From the NCBI GenBank assembly GCA_965242925.1, contig CBDEUM010000024.1, forward strand, positions 1 through 64,000: a stretch of DNA of 64,000 nt. Direction: 5' to 3'. Below are positions 18,798 through 27,756 of the stretch, in pieces (position 1 is the first letter of the stretch; each line of letters begins with the position of its first letter). Position numbers and translations under genes: made by a program. The notes under the pieces are model-generated. The model was not told where the DNA came from. It did not search any database and saw only the letters and a list, made by a program, of their open reading frames with translations. The DNA is from Roseibacillus sp. GTDB lineage: Bacteria > Verrucomicrobiota > Verrucomicrobiia > Verrucomicrobiales > Akkermansiaceae.

Positions 18798-20489
18798 ATG
18801 GCAACTGTCTGGGTTATCGTCTGCTACCTCGGCGCCCTGCTCGCCTTCGCGCTGGGCTCCAAGATGTTTTTCCGTGGTACGAGTAATGACTACTTCGTGG
18901 CCAGCCGCTCGATTGGTCCCTTCATGCTTCTCATGTCGGTCTTCGGAACGACCATGACGGCCTTCGCCCTGGTTGGTTCGACCGGGAAGGCCTTTGAGCG
19001 CGGAGTGGGAACATACGGATTGATGGCGTCTTCCTCGGGGCTTATTCACGCAGCCTGTTTCTTCCTGATTGGTGTGAAGATATGGTCGATCGGAAAACGT
19101 CACGGGTTTGTCACCCAGATCCAGTTCTTCCGGGCGCGCTTCGGGTCGAACGGGCTCGGGTATCTTCTCTTCCCGATCTTCGTTCTCCTGGTTATTCCCT
19201 ACTTGCTGATCGGGGTGATCGGAGCAGGCAAGACCCTCCAACCGGCCACGGCAGGGGCCTTTCCTGAGCTTTTCAAAAACGACAACCCGATCCTGAATGG
19301 CGGAGTTCCGCCCTGGTTGAGTGGGCTTGTAATTTGTGGAGTGGTTCTCGCTTATATCTTTGCTGGCGGTTCGCGGGCGGCGGCCTGGGCCAACACCTTT
19401 CAGACCCTGGTCTTCATGATCATGGGCCTGGTGGCCTTCATTTTCATCTACAACGTGCTCAACCAGGCGGGCAATCCCACCAATGTGGCTGCCCGGGTCA
19501 CCGAGAACGGGATGGTCGTGCAGGACTACACCTTTGACAAGGAGTCGCGGAAACTGATCAAGGCGGAGAAACCGAAGGTAGTGGGGAAGCTCAAGTATCC
19601 TGAAGAGGCGGGGAAGTGGGCGGGCAAGCAGCCGCACCTTACCCGGGAGGAAGTGGAGATCAGCCACAAGGCCAAGCACCCGAAAACCAAGGAGCTCATC
19701 GACAAGACGCGGGAGGTGGGCGTGCCTTGGCTCATGTTCCTGACCTACATGTTCATTCCCCTGAGCGTGGGAATGTTCCCGCACCTTTTCCAACACTGGC
19801 TCACTGCGAAGAGTGCAAAGGCCTTCAAGCTGACTCTCATCGCCCACCCGCTATGCATCATGGTCGTATGGGTTCCATGCGTTCTCATCGGGATCTGGGC
19901 CAGTGGACTGTTACCCTGGGGAATGCCCCCAGCCGCGGTTCTTTCGAATGTCCTGAAGGCCCTGATCGGAAACCCGGTCCTAACGGGCATGCTGACCGCC
20001 GGAGTTTTGGCCGCGATCATGTCCTCGCTTGACTCACAATTCCTCTGCCTCGGGACGATTTTCACCAATGACGTGGTGCTGCATAATTCCAAGAAGGACT
20101 ACACCGACAAGCAGATCCTTTTTATGGCGCGCTGCTTTGTTGTGGCGGTCGTGGCCCTCACCTACGTCCTTGCGCTCCTGTTACAGAATCAGAATGTTTT
20201 TGACCTCGCGGTCTGGTGTTTCTCCGGATTTGCGGCGCTTACGCCTCTCGTTCTGGCCGCGCTCTACTGGAAGCGCGCCACCGCGGCAGGCGCATACGCT
20301 AGTGTAATCGTGGTGGCCATCAGCTGGCTCATCTTTTTTGCGATGTCAGGATTCGGAGGAGAATTTACCGTTTTAGGCGGGGTCATGCCGGTAGCCATAT
20401 GCTGGATGGCGGGGGCATTTGCCATGATTGCAGGGTCTCTTGTCACCAGGCCGCCGAGTGAGGAAACCGTGGCAAAGTTCTTCCCCTGA
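18798..20489 (+). CDS. sodium:solute symporter (SSS) family transporter
   Basis: DYFVASRS, GGSRAAAWANTFQ, LAAIMSSLDSQ, ~13 TM segments. Confidence 0.92.
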   Translation: MATVWVIVCYLGALLAFALGSKMFFRGTSNDYFVASRSIGPFMLLMSVFGTTMTAFALVGSTGKAFERGVGTYGLMASSSGLIHAACFFLIGVKIWSIGKRHGFVTQIQFFRARFGSNGLGYLLFPIFVLLVIPYLLIGVIGAGKTLQPATAGAFPELFKNDNPILNGGVPPWLSGLVICGVVLAYIFAGGSRAAAWANTFQTLVFMIMGLVAFIFIYNVLNQAGNPTNVAARVTENGMVVQDYTFDKESRKLIKAEKPKVVGKLKYPEEAGKWAGKQPHLTREEVEISHKAKHPKTKELIDKTREVGVPWLMFLTYMFIPLSVGMFPHLFQHWLTAKSAKAFKLTLIAHPLCIMVVWVPCVLIGIWASGLLPWGMPPAAVLSNVLKALIGNPVLTGMLTAGVLAAIMSSLDSQFLCLGTIFTNDVVLHNSKKDYTDKQILFMARCFVVAVVALTYVLALLLQNQNVFDLAVWCFSGFAALTPLVLAALYWKRATAAGAYASVIVVAISWLIFFAMSGFGGEFTVLGGVMPVAICWMAGAFAMIAGSLVTRPPSEETVAKFFP

Positions 20490-20632
20490 AGGCGGGAATT
20501 GTTTCAGAGCGGCGATCAGGGATCAATCTAGTCCACGGATTCAAAGTAATAGCGGGGCAGTGGGATCGTGGGACTTGCGGGATTTGCAGAAAGAGGTAGG
20601 GATTAGCCCCGTCCCTTGGGGACACAATTGAC

Positions 20633-21703
20633 ATGAGCTGTGATCTGAACGTGGAAGAGGCCCGCGCGGCGCTGGACGAGCGCGTCCGCGAAAGCATGAA
20701 GTGGCACTTTTCGCCCGAAACCGGTTGCCCCTACTGGCTTGACCGGGCTGCTGGTCTCGGGTTCGACCCCATCGCGGAGGTGACCTGCTTCGCCGACATG
20801 CAGAAGTTCCCGAACTTTGACGACGAAGTGCTGCGGAAGGAGGATCCCGCCCGGTTCATTCCGAAGGCCTACGAAGGCCAGCCCTACAACGTATTCGAAA
20901 CCGGGGGGACAACCGGGATGCCCAAGCAGCGGATCGGCTGGGAAGACTACAAGACCGACTACTCGGAGTTCAGCGATCATTATGCGGCCGACTTCTTTCC
21001 ACAGGGGGGCAACTGGCTGATGGTAGGGCCCACGGGACCGCGAAGATTGAGACTCTCGATTGAGCATCTTGCCAATCGCCGGGGCGGCGCCTGCTACTTT
21101 ATTGATCTCGATCCCCGCTGGGTGAAGCGTCTGATATCGGACGGGGAATATGCCATGGCCCGCAAGTACCAGGAGCACGTCATCGACCAGGCCGTCACCA
21201 TTATCAGGCACCGGAATATCCAGTGTCTTTTCACCACGCCCAAGCTCCTCGAGAGTCTTGCGGAGCGCATGTCCCTGGTGAATGCCGGTATCAAAGGGGT
21301 CTTCGCGGGAGGGACCACCATGACGCCGCAGTACGTGCGTTTTATCGAAGAGGAGGTGCTGGAGGGGAGAATCAATTACGCCCCAACCTACGGGAACACC
21401 CTGATGGGGCTTGCGATCAGCCGGAAGCGGGAACCCGGGGAATACAGCCTGACCTACTATGCGCCCCAACCGCGGGCCGTTCTGCGGATCGTTGACCCGG
21501 ATGACGCCACTAGGGATGTGGAATACGGTGAGTATGGACGGGTCGAGTTGACCACCATGACGAAGGAATTCTTCGTGCCGCGCTTCCTTGAGCGGGATGA
21601 AGCCATTCGTCGCGAGCCCTGCGGGGAATTTCCGTGGGATGGGGTAGGCGATGTGCGACCCTTCCAGAGTGGGACAAAGCAGGTGATCGAGGGGGTCTAT
21701 TAA
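20633..21703 (+). CDS. EhpF/GriC-like atypical adenylate-forming enzyme (carboxylate-activating subunit)
   Basis: WHFSPETGCPYW, ETGGTTG.PK P-loop, TYGNTL, ERD, C-terminal VIEGVY. At 356 aa it lacks the ANL C-terminal domain. Confidence 0.75.
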   Translation: MSCDLNVEEARAALDERVRESMKWHFSPETGCPYWLDRAAGLGFDPIAEVTCFADMQKFPNFDDEVLRKEDPARFIPKAYEGQPYNVFETGGTTGMPKQRIGWEDYKTDYSEFSDHYAADFFPQGGNWLMVGPTGPRRLRLSIEHLANRRGGACYFIDLDPRWVKRLISDGEYAMARKYQEHVIDQAVTIIRHRNIQCLFTTPKLLESLAERMSLVNAGIKGVFAGGTTMTPQYVRFIEEEVLEGRINYAPTYGNTLMGLAISRKREPGEYSLTYYAPQPRAVLRIVDPDDATRDVEYGEYGRVELTTMTKEFFVPRFLERDEAIRREPCGEFPWDGVGDVRPFQSGTKQVIEGVY

Positions 21704-21804
21704 TGAGACCAGCCCCGGGGAGGAGAACCCTGAACCCGGACCGGAACAATGAATTGGCAGAGTAATTTTTCTACCCGAAACGCGCGGACGTTTTGCTGCT
21801 TGCG

Positions 21805-23241
21805 ATGAGTGACGAGATCCACATTCCCATCCTGCGCCTGGGCGAGGAGTACCGCAGTCTCGATACCGTGGAACTGGAAGCGGGGACGGACGGGAAGATC
21901 TTCACGCACACCGCCAATCCGGGACTGATCAGGCGGGATCTCCTCGGAATTGAAAAGTCGCAGACGGCGCTCAATGCCATCCCGTCCGACACCCTGGCCG
22001 GCTACTGCGAACAGGCGGCGGAACTTTTCCTGAATGAGGAATTGCCGGTGGGGGATGGAACGCAGGGGCCGCAAGATTATGTCGAGGCGCTTTCCGCCCT
22101 GACGAAACTGCCTCATACCCTAGTGCGCATGAACATGGGGAAGATTCATGCCGCCATGTCCCAGATCCGGACCGTGATCGGAGGGCTGACCCGCAACCTT
22201 CCCCTTGAGCTGTTTGACCGGGGACTCTCTTCCCTCGGGGAACTGGAGGTAAACTACTATCCGGTCACGGAGGCTTTGGGGGTATCCCTTCCCAGCAACG
22301 CCCCGGCGGTCAACTCGCTCTGGCTCCCGGCTCCCGTTCTCAAGATCCCTGTTCTCCTCAAGCCCGGCCGGGAGGACCCCTTCACCCCATTACGGATCGT
22401 GCAGGCCCTCATTGCGGCAGGATTTCCGAAGGAGGCCTTTGGCTTTTATCCCACCACCCACGAAGGCGGGGATACCATTCTCATGTGCTGCGGGCGAGGC
22501 ATTGCCTTCGGCAGCGATGCCACAGTGCAAAAATATGCCGGCTTTCCCAGTATCCAGGTGCACGGCACGGGACGAAGCAAAGTGCTCCTCGGGGCGGACT
22601 ACGCTGACAAGTGGGAGGACCATGCCAGGACCTTGGTAGAGTCCATTTCCGCGAATGGGGGCCGTAGTTGCATTAACACCTCCGCGATCCTGGTCCCCTC
22701 CGGCCGGGAGGAGCTGGCGGATGCCATCGCAAGGCAACTCGCCGTCATTGAGCCCCTCCCCCGCGACCATGAGGAGGCCCTTCTCTGCGGGTTCTCCAAC
22801 ACCGAGTGGGCGGGCTCCATCAATGATCTCATCGATCAACACCTCAAGGTGGAGGGGGCCGAGGATGTGACGGCTCGTTACCGTAGCGGCTCGCGGCTGG
22901 TCGAGATGCACGGGCAGACCTACCTGCGACCGACCCTGGTTTCCTGCGCCGATTCCGGGCATCCGCTCGCCAACACGGAGTTCATGTTTCCCTTTGCGAG
23001 TGTTTCGGAGATTCCGCAGGAGCGAATGCTCGATGAGATAGGGGAAACCCTGGTGGTTTCGGCCTGGACCGAGGATTCAGACTGGATCCGCCAACTCATG
23101 AATTCGCCCGACATCGAACGCTTGAATATTGGACCATTCCCGACCAACCGGGTACAGTGGGAGCAGCCCCATGAGGGCAATCTGTTTGAGTTCCTGTATC
23201 GCCGCCGGGCGATCCAGGGAAATCTTGCGGCAGTGAGCTGA
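21805..23241 (+). CDS. aldehyde dehydrogenase superfamily, GriD/EhpG/LuxC-like acyl reductase
   Basis: LPSNAP, LKPG, FGS, NGGRSC (catalytic Cys), TEFMFP. HGTGRSK replaces ELGGK. Confidence 0.78.
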   Translation: MSDEIHIPILRLGEEYRSLDTVELEAGTDGKIFTHTANPGLIRRDLLGIEKSQTALNAIPSDTLAGYCEQAAELFLNEELPVGDGTQGPQDYVEALSALTKLPHTLVRMNMGKIHAAMSQIRTVIGGLTRNLPLELFDRGLSSLGELEVNYYPVTEALGVSLPSNAPAVNSLWLPAPVLKIPVLLKPGREDPFTPLRIVQALIAAGFPKEAFGFYPTTHEGGDTILMCCGRGIAFGSDATVQKYAGFPSIQVHGTGRSKVLLGADYADKWEDHARTLVESISANGGRSCINTSAILVPSGREELADAIARQLAVIEPLPRDHEEALLCGFSNTEWAGSINDLIDQHLKVEGAEDVTARYRSGSRLVEMHGQTYLRPTLVSCADSGHPLANTEFMFPFASVSEIPQERMLDEIGETLVVSAWTEDSDWIRQLMNSPDIERLNIGPFPTNRVQWEQPHEGNLFEFLYRRRAIQGNLAAVS

Positions 23242-23248
23242 ATTAGAA

Positions 23249-24412
23249 ATGGACCCTTTCACGACCAGACCCAGCCCGCGGCTGGTGGGTGGACCAGGCG
23301 CTCTCGCGGAGTTGCCCGCTTGTATCCGGGAGAGCGGAGGGAAAAATGTGCTGATCGTAACGGATCCCGGGATCATGGCGGCGGGTCATGTTGCACGTGC
23401 CACTGCCATGCTTGCGGAGGCGGGGATCGACTTCACCGTTTACGACGACACTAGTGAGAATCCGGAGGAGCGCGATATTGTCGCCGCCTGTGCATTTGCC
23501 CGTGGGGTGGAGGTCGACTGTTTTGTCGGCCTCGGAGGCGGCAGCAGCATGGATACGGCCAAAGGCTGCAACTTTCTTCTTACCAACGGGGGGACCATGA
23601 GCGATTACAAGGGCTACGCCCTGGCCCGAAGCCCCTTGCTCCCCTTCGTGGCAGTTCCCACCACCGCAGGAACGGGGAGTGAGTGTCAGAGCTACGCGGT
23701 GATCAGCCGCGACCAGTCACATGAGAAGATGGCTTGTGGCGATCCCGGGGCCCTGGCGTCGGTCGCCATTCTGGACCCGGAGCTCACCGCCTCCATGCCC
23801 CACCAGGTTGCGGTCCTGACAGCTCTTGATGCCCTCGCACACTCCCTTGAGACGGCGGTATGCACGCGGCGCAATCCGTTCTCCTCTGCATTTTCCCGGG
23901 AGGCCTTCCTGCACATCGCCTCCGCCATCGAGCCGATCCTGGCGGGCAATGCTACCAGGCAGGACCGCAGTGAGATGTTGCTGGGAGCGTCCTTCTCCGG
24001 GCTCGCTATTGAGAACAGCATGCTGGGAGCGGCCCACGCTTCAGCCAACCCGCTTACGGCCCGGTTTGGTCTTGCGCACGGGCATGCGGTTGCCCTCATG
24101 CTTCCGCATGTCATACGATATAACCACGAAGAATCCGCTGCCCGGGACACGTATGATCACTATGGAGGACTTCTTTCCCGCCGCGGCTACGCAGAAGTCC
24201 CGGTTACCCAGTGGGTTGAGGGGTTGCTGGGCCTTGCGGCCCTGCCTTCCCTGGGGGAAGTCGGGGTGGACCCGCGCATTTTTCCCGAGTTGGCAGAGGA
24301 CGCAACCAGGCAGTGGACGGGACAATTCAATCCCCGGGCCATGACTGCGGAAGGATTTGTGCTACTCTATGAGCGCGCGATGGGTGCAGCGTCAACCCCG
24401 AGGGCACTATGA
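23249..24412 (+). CDS. iron-containing (family III) alcohol dehydrogenase
   Basis: GLGGGSSMD.AK, PTTAGTGSE, DALAHSLE, GAAH, AHG. Confidence 0.92.
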   Translation: MDPFTTRPSPRLVGGPGALAELPACIRESGGKNVLIVTDPGIMAAGHVARATAMLAEAGIDFTVYDDTSENPEERDIVAACAFARGVEVDCFVGLGGGSSMDTAKGCNFLLTNGGTMSDYKGYALARSPLLPFVAVPTTAGTGSECQSYAVISRDQSHEKMACGDPGALASVAILDPELTASMPHQVAVLTALDALAHSLETAVCTRRNPFSSAFSREAFLHIASAIEPILAGNATRQDRSEMLLGASFSGLAIENSMLGAAHASANPLTARFGLAHGHAVALMLPHVIRYNHEESAARDTYDHYGGLLSRRGYAEVPVTQWVEGLLGLAALPSLGEVGVDPRIFPELAEDATRQWTGQFNPRAMTAEGFVLLYERAMGAASTPRAL

Positions 24413-25569
24413 AGAACTCGTTATCAGGGACTCTCGCCATCTGGACCTTTCTGGTCCTGCTGGGGGTGACCATGGGAAATGGAGCGCCCGTAGAGAACAA
24501 GGCTGCAGCCGTGACGAAAAGCTGGACCATCCCGCGAGGCGGCAATGCCCTGCAGGGCCGGGTGGCGGATGCGGTTCCCCGCAAGCCCAGGGTCAAGTGG
24601 GATGTCGTCCTGGATGGACCGGTCATCGGCGATGCGGCCATTGCGGATGGAATGGTCTACATCGGGACGGTGATGGGAACCTTTTATGCCATCAACTTCG
24701 AAACCGGAAAGGCCCGCTGGAAATTCGAGACGGAAGACACCATCGACGCTCCGCCTGCAGTCGGGCTGGGCAGGGTTTTCATCGGGTCAAGCGACTGTTT
24801 CTTTTACTGTCTCGATCAGAAGACGGGAAAGGAGCTCTGGAAGTACGAGGGAGCAGACAAGTTCGTGGGTGGTGGTCTCCTGGTGCGGAGTCCCGATAAC
24901 AAGGAGGACTGGATCGTGGTCAACGGCTACGATGGGATCTGTCGCGCCCTGCGGACGAAGGACGGGAGCGAAGCATGGATCTACGAGACCGCCGCGCAGA
25001 TTAATGGGACGCCGGCACTCGTGAATGGCAAGACAGTTGTCCTTGGTGGCTGCGATGCCCTTGTGCACGTTGTCGATGTTACCAACGGGAAGGCAGTCAA
25101 TGAAGTGCAGGTGGACGCGGAGATCATCGGGACGGTGGCCACCATGGGCAGCATGGTTTACTCTGCCAATTACGGGAACCAGCTGGCAGCGGTGGACATA
25201 GAGAAGAAGAAGCCAAAGTGGATTTACGAGGACAAGGACTTCGGGTTTTACGCTGCCCCCGCCCTTAACGACGAACTGGTCTTCATTGGCTCTCGCGACA
25301 AGCATCTGCACGCCGTGAACCGGGAAAGCGGGAAACGGGCATGGCGCTTTAAAACCGGCGCGCGCATCGATGGCGGGGCCATCGTATTCCGGGATGCAGT
25401 TGTTTTTGGCTCCGGGGACGGGAGGCTGTATGCCTTGAAGCCCTCAGATGGCAGCGAGATCTGGCGGCTCGATCTGGGAGAGGGAATCGGCTCCGACCTT
25501 GCCTTCGCCAGCGGGTGTATTGTGGTGGGCGGATCGGATGGCAGCCTCTTCTGCATCGAAGGACAATGA
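24409..25569 (+). CDS. PQQ-like (BamB-like) eight-blade beta-propeller protein
   Basis: N-terminal hydrophobic leader, regular G..(R/L)W blades, ATGA overlap with the ADH stop codon. Confidence 0.85.
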   Translation: MKNSLSGTLAIWTFLVLLGVTMGNGAPVENKAAAVTKSWTIPRGGNALQGRVADAVPRKPRVKWDVVLDGPVIGDAAIADGMVYIGTVMGTFYAINFETGKARWKFETEDTIDAPPAVGLGRVFIGSSDCFFYCLDQKTGKELWKYEGADKFVGGGLLVRSPDNKEDWIVVNGYDGICRALRTKDGSEAWIYETAAQINGTPALVNGKTVVLGGCDALVHVVDVTNGKAVNEVQVDAEIIGTVATMGSMVYSANYGNQLAAVDIEKKKPKWIYEDKDFGFYAAPALNDELVFIGSRDKHLHAVNRESGKRAWRFKTGARIDGGAIVFRDAVVFGSGDGRLYALKPSDGSEIWRLDLGEGIGSDLAFASGCIVVGGSDGSLFCIEGQ

Positions 25570-25781
25570 ACCCCTCAGCGCCTGATCATTGAAATGCTGG
25601 ACAATGCTGGAAATAGAATCTTGTGGCGGATCGGGCTAGGAAGTCCTGCAGGCGAGAAAGGGTCGCTGAGGCAGCCCAGCAAGCTGCGTTATTTCAATTA
25701 CCGGGAGATCTCACTACTCTTCGATCCGGACCCCCGAGGTGATTTCAGGAGGACCAATGAGCGAACCCTATCCCCGAAGCC

Positions 25782-27107
25782 ATGAGTGATACCGCCCACC
25801 CTCCGAAAAAGAAGGCCACCCAGGCCGGCAATTACTTCATTTCCAATTATCCGCCTTTTTCCTTCTGGTCGGAAGAGCAGGGAGCAGAAGTCCTGAAGAC
25901 CTTTGAAAGGCCGCCCGCCCCGGAGACGCCCTTGGGCCTCTATCATCACATCCCCTTCTGCCGGAAGCGATGCCACTTCTGCTACTTCCGGGTCTACACT
26001 GACAAGAACGCGCAGGAGATCCGTGACTACCTTGAGCACACCATGCGTGAACTGGAGCGCTTGGCCGCCAAACCCCTTCTCAAGGGTCGCAAGCCGCACT
26101 TTATCTACTTTGGTGGAGGGACACCCTCCTACCTCTCTGCCAGCCAGCTTACGGAGTTGACCGATCGCATGAAGGCCATCCTGCCCTGGGACGAGGCGGA
26201 GGAGGTTGCCTTTGAATGTGAACCAGGCACGCTCAACCCGGGGAAGTTGTCGGCCATCAAGGAAATCGGAGTCACGCGGCTCAGCCTTGGCATCGAGAAC
26301 TTTGATGACCGCGTCCTTGAGATCAACGGGCGCGCTCATCGCAGCAAGGAAGTGTGGAGCGCCTACGAAAGGGCCCAGGCGGAAGAGTTTGAGCAGATCA
26401 ACATCGACCTCATTGCGGGGATGCTGGAGGAAACCGAGGAGAACTGGCAGAAGAATATCGAACAGGTTCTCGAGCTCAGTCCGGACAGCATCACCATTTA
26501 CCAGATGGAGATTCCCTACAACACGACCATCTACAAGGACATGAAGGAGAGCGGGGCATTGATCGCCCCGGTGGCCGACTGGGAGACCAAGCGCCGCTGG
26601 GTGAAGGAGGCCTTCGCGGAACTGGAAGCCAACGGTTATACCATCAGCTCAGGTTATACCGCGGTGAAGAATCCGGATAAAACGAAGTTCATCTACCGCG
26701 ATGCTCTCTGGGGCGGAGCCGACTTGGTTGGCCTGGGCGTGGCGTCCTTCTCCCACGTGCAGGGGGTGCACTACCAGAATCTGACCGAGATCGACGATTA
26801 TACCAAGGTTGTTGAGGCGGGGGAGATGCCCGTCAAGCGTGCCTTCCGAACCAGCGAGGAAGAGCGCATGATTCGCGAGTTCATTCTGCAGATGAAGCTT
26901 GGCCACGTTGATTCGGCCTACTTCGGGGAAAAGTTCGGGGTAAACATTCTGGAGCGTTTCGTTGTCCAGCTGGAAGAACTGAGGGAGGAAGGTCTCCTGG
27001 AGGTGGCGGAGGGCTCCATTATCCTTCACCGCGACGGACTCCTCTGTGTGGACAATCTTCTCCACGACTTCTTTCTCGAACATCATAAGACGGATCGGAT
27101 TGTGTAG
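25782..27107 (+). CDS. HemN-like (coproporphyrinogen III oxidase family) radical SAM protein
   Basis: LYHHIPFCRKRCHFC (CxxxCxxC), YFGGGTPS, RLSLG, NIDLIAG, C-terminal HemN_C-like region. Confidence 0.88.
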   Translation: MSDTAHPPKKKATQAGNYFISNYPPFSFWSEEQGAEVLKTFERPPAPETPLGLYHHIPFCRKRCHFCYFRVYTDKNAQEIRDYLEHTMRELERLAAKPLLKGRKPHFIYFGGGTPSYLSASQLTELTDRMKAILPWDEAEEVAFECEPGTLNPGKLSAIKEIGVTRLSLGIENFDDRVLEINGRAHRSKEVWSAYERAQAEEFEQINIDLIAGMLEETEENWQKNIEQVLELSPDSITIYQMEIPYNTTIYKDMKESGALIAPVADWETKRRWVKEAFAELEANGYTISSGYTAVKNPDKTKFIYRDALWGGADLVGLGVASFSHVQGVHYQNLTEIDDYTKVVEAGEMPVKRAFRTSEEERMIREFILQMKLGHVDSAYFGEKFGVNILERFVVQLEELREEGLLEVAEGSIILHRDGLLCVDNLLHDFFLEHHKTDRIV

Positions 27108-27150
27108 GTTCCAGATTTGAAATGGTAATCGGCATTCCCCCCGGGGGGGG

Positions 27151-27756
27151 GTGGCGATCTCGCACGACAGCCTTCCCCGATCACAATTTAATCAGTTCTC
27201 CGTGAATCAACTCCAGCAGTCAGCCTTTCCCGAGTTCCTGCGCGAATCGCTCTCGCGGGCCGGATTGCTGGGAGACTGGTTCTCATGGCATGAGCCCGAG
27301 GAGGTGCCGGAACCGTTCCGCGAGCTCCTCATTCATGAGATGGATATGACCTCTACCCTTGAACGGTATCACGGGGAGCAGATGATACTGGAAGTCCTGG
27401 CAGACGGTCAGGCCGACGGCTACTACTTCCGCGAGGTGATCCTGCGGGGAGGAGAAACAGGTCGGGCTGCCGAATTCGGGCTGATAGAAATCGAGGTCAG
27501 CCAGTTCCCCGAGGATCTGCACGAGGCCATTCTCTCGGGAAGAAAGCCGCTGGGCGGAATCATGAACGAGAGCGGAATGATCTATGAAAGCCAACCGCTG
27601 GGCTACTTTTCGGTTGCGCGCGGGAAGCTTCCAACGAAATTGTGTGCCCTCGGGAATGGCGATATATTCTACGGTCGCTATAACCAGCTTATGAGGGCGG
27701 ACGGCAGCTGCCTGGCCCGCATCCTCGAGATCATTCCCCGCTCCTCCGATTCATGA
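27151..27756 (+). CDS. chorismate pyruvate-lyase (UbiC/Rv2949c/DUF98)-like protein; start uncertain (27151 or 27202)
   Basis: LLIHEMDMTSTLE, REVIL and ILSG.KPLG.IM match the UbiC-fold pattern (LL....T..LE / REV.L / PLG..L). Confidence 0.6.
   Translation: MAISHDSLPRSQFNQFSVNQLQQSAFPEFLRESLSRAGLLGDWFSWHEPEEVPEPFRELLIHEMDMTSTLERYHGEQMILEVLADGQADGYYFREVILRGGETGRAAEFGLIEIEVSQFPEDLHEAILSGRKPLGGIMNESGMIYESQPLGYFSVARGKLPTKLCALGNGDIFYGRYNQLMRADGSCLARILEIIPRSSDS

Noticed and set aside
20633..21703. Phenazine biosynthesis cluster (EhpF-like gene)
   Set aside because: No phzA/B, D, E, F or G core genes in the window.
20633..23241. Bioluminescence lux operon (LuxE/LuxC-like pair)
   Set aside because: No luciferase luxA/luxB or luxD; the proteins resemble EhpF/GriC and GriD more closely.
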